61,687 nt of DNA from Treponema sp. (GTDB lineage Bacteria > Spirochaetota > Spirochaetia > Treponematales > Treponemataceae), in assembly GCA_024402615.1 (NCBI GenBank), contig JAKSTK010000001.1:1-61687 (forward strand), in the 5' to 3' direction. The notes below the pieces were generated by a model, which saw only the letters and a program-made list of their open reading frames with translations, was not told where the DNA came from and searched no databases. Positions 17,088 to 27,233 of this stretch are shown here, piece by piece (position 1 is the stretch's first letter; each line of letters opens with the position of its first letter). Both the position numbers and the translations under genes were made by a program.

Positions 17088-17903
17088 ATGACAATTAAAA
17101 CAAGAAATCGATTAAACCTCAGTCTTTTTATTATTTCACTTATTTTTTTGGCTGCAAATCTCTTTCTATTTTTATTTTCTTTTTATAAGGGATATTTTTC
17201 TTTAGACAGCTATAAGATTTTTTCAAAGGGGAATTTTCTGCTCGTAAATTATTCTCCTGCAATGGTTGTGATTTCTATTTTCTTTGAACAGCTATATGTT
17301 TCTGTAATCAGTTTTTTAATGTACCGGATTTTTGAGAAAACCCAGGCAACAGATATTATTTTCTTTACTTTGTTTCTTAGTGCTATTCTTCTTGATTCAA
17401 TCCGTATTTATATCCCAATTTTCTGTACAGCCCAGTCTTATACAAAATTTTTACTGCTTGCTGCCAATGCAGTTATCTGTTCAAAAGTTCTGATTCCGTT
17501 TGCTCTGTTATTTGTAGTTATTTACGGAGGAGAAGCACAACGACAGGATGTAGAAAGAAATATCTTCCTTATTATTCTTGCCGCTTTCTTCCTTGCTTTG
17601 ATGATTCCTGTAAACAGCGCAGTTCCTACAAAAAACTTTTCTCTTGATCACAGCTACAAACGACTTACACTGATTCTTTCTATAACAACAATTCTAGCCA
17701 GCATTGCCGCAGAATTCTTCATTAATAAAAGAATGCTTCATTCTCAGAAAACTACAATTGGTTTAGCACTTGTATGTTTTGGAATTACTCACCTTGTAAT
17801 GACAGGAAATATTCTGCTTTTTGTACTTTCTTCAACAGCTCTTGTAGGTGGTACAATTCTCTTTCTGCTGGAGCTTCATCATCAATATCTATTTAATGAT
17901 TAA
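17088..17903 (+). CDS. Hypothetical multi-pass membrane protein
   Basis: About 7-8 hydrophobic segments; preceded by TTTACT-N17-TATTAT-N6-ATG. Confidence 0.8.
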   Translation: MTIKTRNRLNLSLFIISLIFLAANLFLFLFSFYKGYFSLDSYKIFSKGNFLLVNYSPAMVVISIFFEQLYVSVISFLMYRIFEKTQATDIIFFTLFLSAILLDSIRIYIPIFCTAQSYTKFLLLAANAVICSKVLIPFALLFVVIYGGEAQRQDVERNIFLIILAAFFLALMIPVNSAVPTKNFSLDHSYKRLTLILSITTILASIAAEFFINKRMLHSQKTTIGLALVCFGITHLVMTGNILLFVLSSTALVGGTILFLLELHHQYLFND

Positions 17904-18488
17904 ACTAAGCAGACAATAGCTAGCAGAAATAAAAACCGGAATAAAAAAGTTATCCAGCGACTTTAATGGCAGATATTCCAGAAAAGTTGCAATAATTGCA
18001 GTAATAATACTAATAACTATATTTTTACTTAATAAAAAGGTTGATATAAAAACCGCTGCAAAACAAGCTCCACTCCCCGCCAAGGTTTTCTCCGAACCGG
18101 GAAGTTTAATTCTACCAAAAGCCTTTCCTGCAAGACTTGCAATTCCATCTCCGAAAGCAAGAGCATATATTCCAGCAGAAGCATATTCCAATGGCAGCAG
18201 CAAGGCAGTTACAACAAATCCAAGAACCATAAAAACAGGACCTAAAGAAAGCTTTTGTTTATCTTCATTTCTTACAGCAAAACCCGTAAACCAGGTAACT
18301 AAAGGAAACGATTTTCCCTTTATACGTAGAACTTCACTAATAAAATAAATAACAGCAAGAAGAAGGAAAAAGATTATTACAGGCCAATACAGCAGTTTTA
18401 AAGCAAAAGGAACTATTCCGCAACACATATGAATAGTCTTGCGAAAAAGTTCCTTTAATAATACTTCTTTGTCAGAGCGAAATTTCAT
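17889..18488 (-). CDS. SEC59/DGK1/VTE5 family CTP-dependent polyprenol/diacylglycerol kinase
   Basis: ELFRKTIH, GDGIASLAGKAFG, KTLAGS, DNFFIP motifs. Confidence 0.85.
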   Translation of the reverse strand: MKFRSDKEVLLKELFRKTIHMCCGIVPFALKLLYWPVIIFFLLLAVIYFISEVLRIKGKSFPLVTWFTGFAVRNEDKQKLSLGPVFMVLGFVVTALLLPLEYASAGIYALAFGDGIASLAGKAFGRIKLPGSEKTLAGSGACFAAVFISTFLLSKNIVISIITAIIATFLEYLPLKSLDNFFIPVFISASYCLLSLIIK

Positions 18489-18490
18489 AA

Positions 18491-21400
18491 TTAGCGCAAT
18501 CTTTCTTTATCTGTCAAAGTTTTTGGAATATCAATATAAATAGCAGGTTCAAATTCAGTTACAGGATGAGTAATATATTTCAGATTTTCCTGAGCAAGAT
18601 TACTTCCTTCAAGTCTTACCATAGAAGTCTGATTTCTTGTAAGAGCATCCCATGCACGAATTGACTGTCCAAGCTGAACAAGTGCCTGACCGTTCTTTGA
18701 ACTGTCTCCTGTGCGTTTTGCTAATTTATAGAGTGTTACACCATAGTTATTTGCAGCGTACAAATAAGTAGTAACCAGCTGATTATCAACTTCACTTGCC
18801 TGTGGGAATACAATTCCTTTATCTCTAATCTGGTCATCAAGTTTAGAAATTAACTGATAGTAGTAGCCTTCTGCCGCAAGATAATCATCCTTCAGAGAAA
18901 GTGTATTACCCATTGCCAGCATAAGATTACGTTCTTTAATATTACCTTCTCCAGACTTAATGAAAGAATACAAAGCTTCCTGATAATTCTTATTCTTATA
19001 GTTGATATAACCAATTCTGTAACGAATCTGTGAATTATCATTTCCTAAATCTACAGAGTTCTTATAGTTAATCAAAGCGTTTTCATAATCATTTGATGCA
19101 AAGTAATTGATATCAGCCAAATCAGAATAAAGTAAACCAATTTTCTGATTACCTGCAAAACCGCCTTTTTCTTTTACAGTTGTATACAAAGTAATACCGT
19201 TTGTGTACTGTTCCTGTGCACGCATTACATCATTTGTTTTAATGAAGTTTTCGCCAAGCAGACGATATGTATCAATATACTTGTAAATGTCCTTTGTTTT
19301 AAGACGATCAGCTTTATTAAACTTATCAAGAGCAACATTCAAAGTATCTTCAACAAATCCAATTTCATTTGTATGAACATAATAGTTGCCAAGATTGTAA
19401 TAAGCTACAGGATTATCTGCATCAAGTTTTACCGCACGGAGCAACAACTTACGAGTATCTTCAATTTTATATCTTAAAGCTTCATCAGATTTTGGAAGTG
19501 GACCATATAATTTTTCTAACAGGTATCCACTCAATTCAGTCCAGTCACAACCTTCCAGAGATTTTTCTTTCTGAATAAATCTTTCTTTATAATTCAAAAC
19601 CTGAAGGAGACTGTCTTTTCTAATAAAGTAACGCATAATGCGGGAATTATACAAATCACTTTCTGGTTTATTAAATAAAAGCTTCTGATACTGCTGATAA
19701 GCATCTTCCAGTTTAGCAGGCTCTTTTTCAGTACCCCACTCAAGGAAAATATCACCCAGCATTAAATCTGCATCAACATCATTTACGTGGTAATCAAGAA
19801 CCTGTCTTCTTACAATTTCTTCAGCTTTTTCGTAATTTGCAAGATCATTCATTTCCATTTCGGCATATTCAAGACCTGCAACTTTATCATGATTAAAGCA
19901 GCGTAAAATGCGCTCATACATTTCTGCTGATTTATGATACTGTTTATGATTTCTATAACCACGGGCATATTTGAAGAACCATTTCTTACTAAAGCGATAA
20001 GTAGTTGCTTCAATAAAGTCTACTTCTGCCTGAGGATATTCTTCAATTTCAAGTAATGCATAGCCCTGTTTATAGAGAGAATTAGCTTTAAGTGGCTTAT
20101 AAATACAGTTAGTAGCAAACTTCAGCATTCCCCATCCTACAAAGAACAGCATTACAAGACATAATGCAAATGGAAGAACTTTATTTTTTAACTGATACTG
20201 AATAGATTTTTTATAAGCTTCGTATTCTTCTGCTGTACGATGTTCATAATCTCGAGGAACTGGAATAGAAGTATCCAGCATTTTTTCCAAAGTTGATGCT
20301 ACCTGACGTGCAGGAGCTTTTTTCAGGATTTTTTCAATAATTTCAAATTCAGCATCATCAGTAAATTCATCCTGAACGATTAAGTCTTCAAAAGCAAGAC
20401 GAACATTTAATGGATATTCACTGAAATTTTTCTGAAAAAGCTTATACTGTTCATCACTTAAAGTATTTGGTGGAAGTTCATTTCCTGGAATACCACCACT
20501 AAAATCTGGTGTATCAAGATCAGCAGCCTTTTTCTTTGCATGTTTATTTTCTTTTACTTCAGTTACATCAGAGAAACCAGGAATTTCAAAATCATTGTCA
20601 CCAAACGAAAAATCATCTGATTCTTCGGCAGTTGCAGGACCTTCGGCTTCGGAAATACCAAAATCCATATCTTCCATGCCGGTAGTATCAAAAGTTTCAA
20701 TACTTACATCTTCAACTGAATCTCCAGCACCTGTATCATCTTCAAATTCAGGAATTTCAGAAGTGAAGTCTGTTGAAGCATCAAAATCACCTAAGTTGGC
20801 AGAACCGATATCTGGTAATCCAAAAGAATCATCTCCAGACCCCATATCACCAAGACTAAAATCTGAAGTTGTATCTTCTACTTCTTCTACAGGAATATCA
20901 CCTAAATCTGCAACATTGAAAGAGCCAGAGAAATTTTCGTCTTTTGAAGTTTCTGCAGGAGAATCAAAATCATCAGAACCTAAATCTTCTGTACCAAATG
21001 AATCTGGAACATCAAAACTGTCAGGTGTATCAAAACTATCAGAACCAAAATCACCGGCATCAAAACTATTTGTATCAACAGAAGTTTCTGTAGCACCAAA
21101 ATCCTCTGGTGAATCAAAATCACTAACCGGTTCAAAATCACTAATTGCGCCTAAATCTTCAGGAACATCAAAATTATCTGCAGCAGAAACCTCCGGTGCA
21201 TCAAAACTATCAGACTGTGTTCCAAAATCACCGATACCAAAATCTGCAGCTGGAATTGAATCAAAATCATCAGCTCCAAAGTCTGTTGAGCCAAAATCGT
21301 CGGAAGTAAAATCACCGGTAACATCAGTCATTCCAGAATCTGAAGAATCAAAATCACCGGTACTAAAATCTTCTGCAGGAAGTGAATCAAAATCAGAAGA

Positions 21401-22345
21401 ATCAGGCATTGCAAAATCATCAGGAGCATCGAAACTTCCTGCATCAGTAACAGGTTCATCTAAATCTTCAAGTTCTTCTAAAACATCAATATCTTCAATA
21501 TTGTCTGAATCAGTTCCACCAAAATTTTCTGTACCATTATCAAAATCTGCACCAAAATCCTGACGGAAAGTTTCATCAGAAACAGGACTTTCTTCAGTAG
21601 GAATTTCCATATCAGAAGAATTAAATAAATCAGGAGGTGTGGCTGTACTAAATGGATCTGGAACTTCCTCAACAGCAGCCGGTTCCGGAGCTGGATTTGC
21701 AGCAAGAATTGCTTTTTCTATTTCACTGAAGCCTTCAAATTCATCTTTTACAGGTTCAGGTTCATGAATCTCATCAACAGAATCTAAAGCTTCAATTTCC
21801 GAAATAAAATCATCTTCTGGAGCTGCTTCAGGTTCCTGTTTAGTTTCAGTACCTTCTGTACCGTCAAAACCTGCACCGGCAAGCAAAGCTTCAAGGCTCA
21901 TATCTGCTACAGAAATCTGAGGTGCTTCTTCAACAATTTCTTCTTCTGGCTGCTGTTCTTCAACCGGCTCGTCCATGAACATTGAAAGATCAGGCATTGA
22001 GTCTTCTGAATCTGCAGAACCAATATCAACAGGGGAAAGCAAAGAAGAAAGATCTGGGGCTTCATAAGAAAGTTCAGTATTGCCATCATCTTTAGAAGAA
22101 GAGCCTGAACCTCCGCTCATCATTCCTGTTAAATCAGAAAGATCTTCATCTACTTTTGAGTCATTAATTGCTGCTGGATTTTCAGGCATTCCAAGAACGA
22201 AATCTTCTGAGTCATTTACATCTTTTACGCCTGCTGGAATTGGAACCAGAACAGGTTTTTCTCCGCGACTAGCACGGATTGTAATTTCGTCACCAATTGA
22301 AAGAATGTCTTTATTAAATTGTTTGAGCTGACTTAAGCCTGGCAT
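18491..22345 (-). CDS. flcA: Probable periplasmic flagellar collar protein FlcA (acidic cytoplasmic region, TM, periplasmic TPR domain)
   Basis: MPGLSQLKQF N-terminus, long acidic region, single TM, about 540 aa of TPR-like repeats. Architecture recalled for spirochete FlcA; not verified by search. Confidence 0.65.
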   Translation of the reverse strand: MPGLSQLKQFNKDILSIGDEITIRASRGEKPVLVPIPAGVKDVNDSEDFVLGMPENPAAINDSKVDEDLSDLTGMMSGGSGSSSKDDGNTELSYEAPDLSSLLSPVDIGSADSEDSMPDLSMFMDEPVEEQQPEEEIVEEAPQISVADMSLEALLAGAGFDGTEGTETKQEPEAAPEDDFISEIEALDSVDEIHEPEPVKDEFEGFSEIEKAILAANPAPEPAAVEEVPDPFSTATPPDLFNSSDMEIPTEESPVSDETFRQDFGADFDNGTENFGGTDSDNIEDIDVLEELEDLDEPVTDAGSFDAPDDFAMPDSSDFDSLPAEDFSTGDFDSSDSGMTDVTGDFTSDDFGSTDFGADDFDSIPAADFGIGDFGTQSDSFDAPEVSAADNFDVPEDLGAISDFEPVSDFDSPEDFGATETSVDTNSFDAGDFGSDSFDTPDSFDVPDSFGTEDLGSDDFDSPAETSKDENFSGSFNVADLGDIPVEEVEDTTSDFSLGDMGSGDDSFGLPDIGSANLGDFDASTDFTSEIPEFEDDTGAGDSVEDVSIETFDTTGMEDMDFGISEAEGPATAEESDDFSFGDNDFEIPGFSDVTEVKENKHAKKKAADLDTPDFSGGIPGNELPPNTLSDEQYKLFQKNFSEYPLNVRLAFEDLIVQDEFTDDAEFEIIEKILKKAPARQVASTLEKMLDTSIPVPRDYEHRTAEEYEAYKKSIQYQLKNKVLPFALCLVMLFFVGWGMLKFATNCIYKPLKANSLYKQGYALLEIEEYPQAEVDFIEATTYRFSKKWFFKYARGYRNHKQYHKSAEMYERILRCFNHDKVAGLEYAEMEMNDLANYEKAEEIVRRQVLDYHVNDVDADLMLGDIFLEWGTEKEPAKLEDAYQQYQKLLFNKPESDLYNSRIMRYFIRKDSLLQVLNYKERFIQKEKSLEGCDWTELSGYLLEKLYGPLPKSDEALRYKIEDTRKLLLRAVKLDADNPVAYYNLGNYYVHTNEIGFVEDTLNVALDKFNKADRLKTKDIYKYIDTYRLLGENFIKTNDVMRAQEQYTNGITLYTTVKEKGGFAGNQKIGLLYSDLADINYFASNDYENALINYKNSVDLGNDNSQIRYRIGYINYKNKNYQEALYSFIKSGEGNIKERNLMLAMGNTLSLKDDYLAAEGYYYQLISKLDDQIRDKGIVFPQASEVDNQLVTTYLYAANNYGVTLYKLAKRTGDSSKNGQALVQLGQSIRAWDALTRNQTSMVRLEGSNLAQENLKYITHPVTEFEPAIYIDIPKTLTDKERLR
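20575..21560 (-). repeat. Degenerate coding repeats (DF/SF-D/G units about every 5 aa) inside flcA
   Basis: Recurrent CAAAATC and CAAAACT words on the + strand; peptide DFGSDSFDTPDSFDVPDSFG and similar. Confidence 0.75.
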
Positions 22346-22464
22346 ACTTCTTTAATTTTACCCCACATTTCCCTAATTTTACAAGTATACTACTCTCTTA
22401 TAATAACGGAAAAAAAAGGATTTGACTTAAGGATAAAAGTTAATGTTTTTTCTTATATTATCGC

Positions 22465-22491
22465 TAATCAAAAAAAAGACTTTGCCGATAT
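22465..22491 (+). promoter_or_regulatory. sigma28-like promoter of the CBM48 gene, probably leaderless or nearly so
   Basis: TAAT-N15-GCCGATAT-N7-ATG, no SD. Confidence 0.5.
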
Positions 22492-22498
22492 ATGAATT

Positions 22499-23221
22499 AT
22501 GAAAATGAAAAGATTTCTCGTAACGGCAGCAATATTACTGGCTTTATCCGGTTTTATGCATGCAGCAGAAAACATTGTTTATGTTCCCTATGAACTGGAT
22601 TCTCTCATTCACAGTATAGACAATCCGGGGGCACCTGTAATCACAGATGATTACATTATTTTTACAGCAGAAGCTAAACATAATTTTGTAGGAATTGCTT
22701 TTGATTTTGAAAATTACCAGGTGATTCATCCTTTTAAGCTTTTGACTTCAATGGATATGGACGGTAAAAAGTCGCCGAGACACTTGTTCTATTGCTATGA
22801 ACGGCAGCATAAGTACACTTCCATCAAGTATCGCCTGATTATTGACGGTTTGTGGACAACTGACCCTCTGAATCCATCCAGAGTTTATGACGAAAATGTA
22901 GACTTATTCTTCTCAAAAGTTTCTGATTTAGGAATTCTTGACCGCTTTACTGAACAAACAAAACGAGATACTGTTCATTTCATTTACAAAGGCGCAAAAG
23001 GCTTAAAGCTTAATCTGGCTGGTACTTTTACAAACTGGGATCCATGGATTTACGAAATGCAGGAAACTTCTCCTGGTTTCTATGAATTGGATTTACCATT
23101 GCCATCCGGAAAATATTACTATAATTATTACAATGGATTAACTCCTTTACTGGATAATACTAATCCAGATAAAGTTTACACAATGGACGGCAGAACTGCA
23201 TCGGTTATTGTAGTTAAATAA
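22499..23221 (+). CDS. Secreted glycogen-binding (CBM48/AMPK-beta-like early-set) domain protein
   Basis: YRLIIDGLWTTDPLNP and LAGTFTNWDP...G.Y.Y motifs; signal peptide; no catalytic domain. Confidence 0.8.
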   Translation: MKMKRFLVTAAILLALSGFMHAAENIVYVPYELDSLIHSIDNPGAPVITDDYIIFTAEAKHNFVGIAFDFENYQVIHPFKLLTSMDMDGKKSPRHLFYCYERQHKYTSIKYRLIIDGLWTTDPLNPSRVYDENVDLFFSKVSDLGILDRFTEQTKRDTVHFIYKGAKGLKLNLAGTFTNWDPWIYEMQETSPGFYELDLPLPSGKYYYNYYNGLTPLLDNTNPDKVYTMDGRTASVIVVK

Positions 23222-23244
23222 AAAATAGATTTTCACTGTTAAAT

Positions 23245-23285
23245 AAAAAAACTCAGAAGTAGTGTTACTCTTCTGAGTTTTTTTT
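23245..23285. terminator. Bidirectional terminator
   Basis: AAAAAAACTCAGAAG...CTTCTGAGTTTTTTT between convergent genes. Confidence 0.85.
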
Positions 23286-23301
23286 ATTTTCAGGAATCAG
23301 A

Positions 23302-24735
23302 TTATCTGAAGCGTTTTGCAAGTTCCTGCAATTTCTTCATATCCATTCCTTTAAGACTGTTCATGTCCATTCCTGCAGGAAGTCCGCCGGCACCACCCAT
23401 CATACTTGGATCAATTCCCAGCTGATTCATCATCTTACCCTGCATTCCTCTGTTGCGGGAAACTTTCTTCATCATAAGCTTTGTTTTTTCATACTGTTTA
23501 ATTAATTTATTAACTTCTGCAACTGAAGTACCTGAACCTTTTGCAATTCTTTTTCTTCTGCTAGGTCCAATAATCAGGTGATTCAATCTTTCTTTATAAG
23601 TCATTGACTGAATGATAGCTTCATTCTTCTTCATGGAGCTTAAATCCATCTGAGAAGGATCAATACCACTCATACCAGGAATCATTTCCATAAGTGACTG
23701 CATACTTCCCATTTTCTTTACCTGCTGGAACTGTTCAAGCATATCCTGCAAAGTAAATTCATTTCTCTGAAGTTTTTTCTGCATTTTAAGAGCAGCTTCT
23801 GCATCAACAGTTTCCTGTGCTTTTTCAACGAGAGATACAACATCACCCATGCCAAGAATACGAGATGCAATTCTTTCTGGATGGAATACTTCAAAGTCTT
23901 CTGTTTTTTCACCAGTACCAATAAAGAGAATTGGTTTTCCAGTAATTGTTTTTAATGAAAGAGCCGCACCACCACGAGCATCAGAGTCAAACTTTGTAAG
24001 AATTACACCTGTAAGTCCCAGCTGTTCATCAAAAGATTTAGCAATATCTACAGCATTCTGACCAGTCATGGCATCAGATACTAAAAGAACTTCAACAGGA
24101 TCAGTTTCCTTTTTGATTTTTACCAGTTCAGCCATCATTTCTTCATCAATCTGAAGACGACCGGCAGTATCGATAATTACTGTGTCATAACCATTTTTCT
24201 TTGCAAAGTCCAATGCTTCTTTTGCATTCTTTACAGCGTCTTTTCCGTTTTCTTTATAAACAGGAACTCCAATTTTTGCTCCCAACTGAGACAACTGTTC
24301 AACGGCAGCCGGACGAACAAGGTCACAAGCAGCCAGCATTGGTTTTCTTCCGTCTTTTAATAATTTTGCGGCAAGTTTATGAGCAGCAGTTGTTTTACCG
24401 GCACCCTGTAAACCAAGCATCAAAATTACAGACTGAGTATCAGGTCCTTTAAGATGCAAATCCTGCTTAGTATCACCAAGCATTCCAACCATTTTGTCAT
24501 AAATGATTTTTGTAAACTGCTGACCTGGATCAACTGATTTAAGAACTTTTTCACCTTTAGCTTCTTCAATTGTTGAATTAACAAAGCGACGTACAACACG
24601 AAGGTTTACATCGGCTTCAAGAAGAGCCATTTTAATTTCTTCTACAGCATCTTCAATATTTTTTTCTGTAATTTTTGATTTGCCGGAGATAGAACGAATA
24701 ATATTGCTGAAAGTTCCAGTGATTTTTTCTAACAT
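23302..24735 (-). CDS. ffh: Signal recognition particle protein
   Basis: ALLEADV, GLQGAGKTT, DTAGR, TKFDSDARGG, RILGMGD, Met-rich M domain. Confidence 0.97.
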   Translation of the reverse strand: MLEKITGTFSNIIRSISGKSKITEKNIEDAVEEIKMALLEADVNLRVVRRFVNSTIEEAKGEKVLKSVDPGQQFTKIIYDKMVGMLGDTKQDLHLKGPDTQSVILMLGLQGAGKTTAAHKLAAKLLKDGRKPMLAACDLVRPAAVEQLSQLGAKIGVPVYKENGKDAVKNAKEALDFAKKNGYDTVIIDTAGRLQIDEEMMAELVKIKKETDPVEVLLVSDAMTGQNAVDIAKSFDEQLGLTGVILTKFDSDARGGAALSLKTITGKPILFIGTGEKTEDFEVFHPERIASRILGMGDVVSLVEKAQETVDAEAALKMQKKLQRNEFTLQDMLEQFQQVKKMGSMQSLMEMIPGMSGIDPSQMDLSSMKKNEAIIQSMTYKERLNHLIIGPSRRKRIAKGSGTSVAEVNKLIKQYEKTKLMMKKVSRNRGMQGKMMNQLGIDPSMMGGAGGLPAGMDMNSLKGMDMKKLQELAKRFR

Positions 24736-24756
24736 CTAAATTTCCTGTTTATGAAA

Positions 24757-25806
24757 TTATTTATTTAATATTTCGTTCAAGTAATCCTGAACAGAAATCT
24801 GTTTATTCAAAATTCTAAATAAACCGTCACTTAAAGGCAGTTTCAAATCTTTTTTCTGTGCAATTTCATGAACATACTTACATGCAATTGCACCTTCTGG
24901 TAAATAACCAACCTTTGCAACATTGGCGATTAAATCATCAATATCTTTGAATTTTGAAAGCATATCTGTTTTTACAATATCCTGTCCAAAACGGCGGTTA
25001 CGACCATATTTTGATTTACAAGTTACATCCAGATCACCTACTCCTGAAATAGAAGTAAAGGTTTCTGCATGTGTAGCTCCCATAGCAAAGCCAAGAGTCT
25101 GAATTTCATTCAAACCTGCTGCCATAAGGAGAGATTCTGTATTATCACCGAAGATATCAGATGTTTCGGTAATTGCATCTAAAGCACCGTATACAACAGC
25201 AACAACGTTTTTGGCAGCAGCACAAATCTGTACACCAATAACATCAAAGCTTGAATATACCATTAATCCTGGTACTTTAAGTAATTCACGAACTTTAATT
25301 GAATTTCTTGGATTTTCAGAAGCTGCAACTAAACCGGTAAGTTTACCCATGGCAACTTCTTCTGCGTGAGAAGGACCTGCTACATATACAGTACAGCCCT
25401 TATAAATTTCTGGTAAAGCTGATTCAATTGTTTCAAGAACCAGTTTTGGACCATTTTCAGATGGAACAAATCCCTTAGTTAAAGCTGCAATTACAGTTGT
25501 TCCATCTGCAATGTTTGGTACATCAACAATCTTTGCCAATGTGCTGGCAAGATATAAAGAAGGAGAAGCAATAATCAGGAATTCTTTTCCTGTAGCAACC
25601 TCGATAATATCTTTTGATGCAGTAATATTTTCGTTTAAAGCATATCCAGGAAGGAATTTTTTATTTTCATGTTCATTATTAATAGACTGAACAACTTCAT
25701 CTTCCAAAGCCCAAATTTGAACTTTATGATTTCCTCTGGCTATAGCCTGAGCTAAACCTGTTCCCCAGGCACCACCGCCAATTACACCTACAGATTTGCA
25801 TTCCAT
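24757..25806 (-). CDS. gpsA: NAD(P)H-dependent glycerol-3-phosphate dehydrogenase
   Basis: GGGAWGT, GPSHAEEV, AKNV, GVGDLDVTC.S..GRNR. Confidence 0.95.
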   Translation of the reverse strand: MECKSVGVIGGGAWGTGLAQAIARGNHKVQIWALEDEVVQSINNEHENKKFLPGYALNENITASKDIIEVATGKEFLIIASPSLYLASTLAKIVDVPNIADGTTVIAALTKGFVPSENGPKLVLETIESALPEIYKGCTVYVAGPSHAEEVAMGKLTGLVAASENPRNSIKVRELLKVPGLMVYSSFDVIGVQICAAAKNVVAVVYGALDAITETSDIFGDNTESLLMAAGLNEIQTLGFAMGATHAETFTSISGVGDLDVTCKSKYGRNRRFGQDIVKTDMLSKFKDIDDLIANVAKVGYLPEGAIACKYVHEIAQKKDLKLPLSDGLFRILNKQISVQDYLNEILNK

Positions 25807-25833
25807 TTTATTGCCTTCTTATTCTTTTAGAGA

Positions 25834-26277
25834 TTAGTACCAGTGAGCACAAGTATCATTCCAGTCAAAGATTTCTTCTTCTTTGAACCAGAGTTTTACT
25901 TCTCTTTCAGCACTTTCTTCACTGTCAGAAGCATGAATAATATTGTGTGATGTGTGTGAACAGTAGTCACCACGAATTGTACCTGGCTGTGATTCAGAAG
26001 GTTTTGTTGCTCCACATAATTTTCTTACCAAAGTAACACAATCATCTGCTTCCAAAACCATTGCGATAACAGGACCAGAAGTAATGTAATCAACTAATTC
26101 TGTGTAGAATGGTTTTTCTTTGTGTTCAGCATAATGCTCTGATGCCAATTCATTTGAAACGTGCATCATCTTCAAACCAATAATCTTTAAACCTTTTTTT
26201 TCGAGGCGTTCAATAACCTCACCTACCAGACGACGATTTACTACGCCTGGTTTTAACATTGCAAAACATCTACTCAT
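25834..26277 (-). CDS. ndk: Nucleoside diphosphate kinase
   Basis: HYAEH.EKPF, SGPV, PGTIRGD, NIIHASDS. Confidence 0.96.
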   Translation of the reverse strand: MSRCFAMLKPGVVNRRLVGEVIERLEKKGLKIIGLKMMHVSNELASEHYAEHKEKPFYTELVDYITSGPVIAMVLEADDCVTLVRKLCGATKPSESQPGTIRGDYCSHTSHNIIHASDSEESAEREVKLWFKEEEIFDWNDTCAHWY

Positions 26278-26311
26278 AATTCTTTAATTATACAAAAGAA
26301 AAATAGTTATT

Positions 26312-27160
26312 TCAACTAAGGGAACTTTCTACTGATTCTATAAGCTCATCTGGAGTAGATGCGCCGGCGGTAATTCCCACTTTTTTAAGTGAATAAAAGA
26401 CCTGAGGAATATCTTCTGAAGTTTGAATATGAGCCGCATATTTACAGTTCCTTTCTGCTGTTTGAAAAAGTCGTTTTGTGTTGGCAGAATTCTTACCACC
26501 GATTACAAGGATTCCGTCAACTTCCTTACACAAAGTCACCAGCGCTTCCTGTCTTTCTTTTGTAGCAGGACAAATTGTATTCATTACTGTAATATTCTTT
26601 ACCTTGTCTTTTAGAATTTTTTCTATATCTGAAAATTCTTTTTCTGAATAAGTAGTCTGACTTAATAATATGAAGTTTTTATCCACAAGAGTATCAAGAT
26701 TTAATTCTTCTGCTTCCTGACTATTCTGTAACTGCAGGAAATTTTCTCCGGCATATCCTGCAATACCCTTTACTTCCCCGTGATTTTTATCACCTGTAAG
26801 AATTACAAAATCTTTCTCAGAAGTATATCTTTCTACCATTTTCTGACTGGCTTTTACACGAGGACAGGTAGCATCTATGATTATTGATTTTTTTTCCTTT
26901 AATTTTTCTATTACAGAAGGAGCAACTCCATGAGCACGAATAATTACAACAGAATCTTCAGGAAGTTCAGAAATCTGATTTTCTTCAACAATTTGAAGAC
27001 CTTGATCAGAAAGCTTTTGCAAAGCGGCTTCGTTATGAATTAGTGGACCTAAAGAATATACTTTTTTGTTACTATAATTTTTCAGAGCAGTATCGGCCAG
27101 TTCAACTGCACGTCTTACTCCAAAACAAAATCCTAAAACCTGAGCGCGCTTAATTTCCAT
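26312..27160 (-). CDS. ispH: 4-hydroxy-3-methylbut-2-enyl diphosphate reductase
   Basis: GFCFGV, LIHN, IRAHGV, DATCP, QTT, TICPAT.ERQ, SANT, TAGASTP. Confidence 0.96.
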   Translation of the reverse strand: MEIKRAQVLGFCFGVRRAVELADTALKNYSNKKVYSLGPLIHNEAALQKLSDQGLQIVEENQISELPEDSVVIIRAHGVAPSVIEKLKEKKSIIIDATCPRVKASQKMVERYTSEKDFVILTGDKNHGEVKGIAGYAGENFLQLQNSQEAEELNLDTLVDKNFILLSQTTYSEKEFSDIEKILKDKVKNITVMNTICPATKERQEALVTLCKEVDGILVIGGKNSANTKRLFQTAERNCKYAAHIQTSEDIPQVFYSLKKVGITAGASTPDELIESVESSLS

Positions 27161-27174
27161 AAATTCAGTATATC

Positions 27175-27214
27175 AAAAAAAAAAGCGTTCTTCCATTTAC
27201 GAAAGAACGCTTTT
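27175..27214 (-). terminator. Intrinsic terminator of yajC-secD-secF
   Basis: AAAAGCGTTCTT...AAGAACGCTTTT hairpin with U10 on the minus strand. Confidence 0.8.
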
Positions 27215-27233
27215 ATTAAAAGTATACTAAAAA

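Noticed and set aside
20595-21563. 322-aa Ser/Lys-rich plus-strand ORF
   Set aside because: Antisense shadow of the Asp/Phe repeats of flcA (GAT/TTT read as TCA/AAA); no SD or promoter seen.
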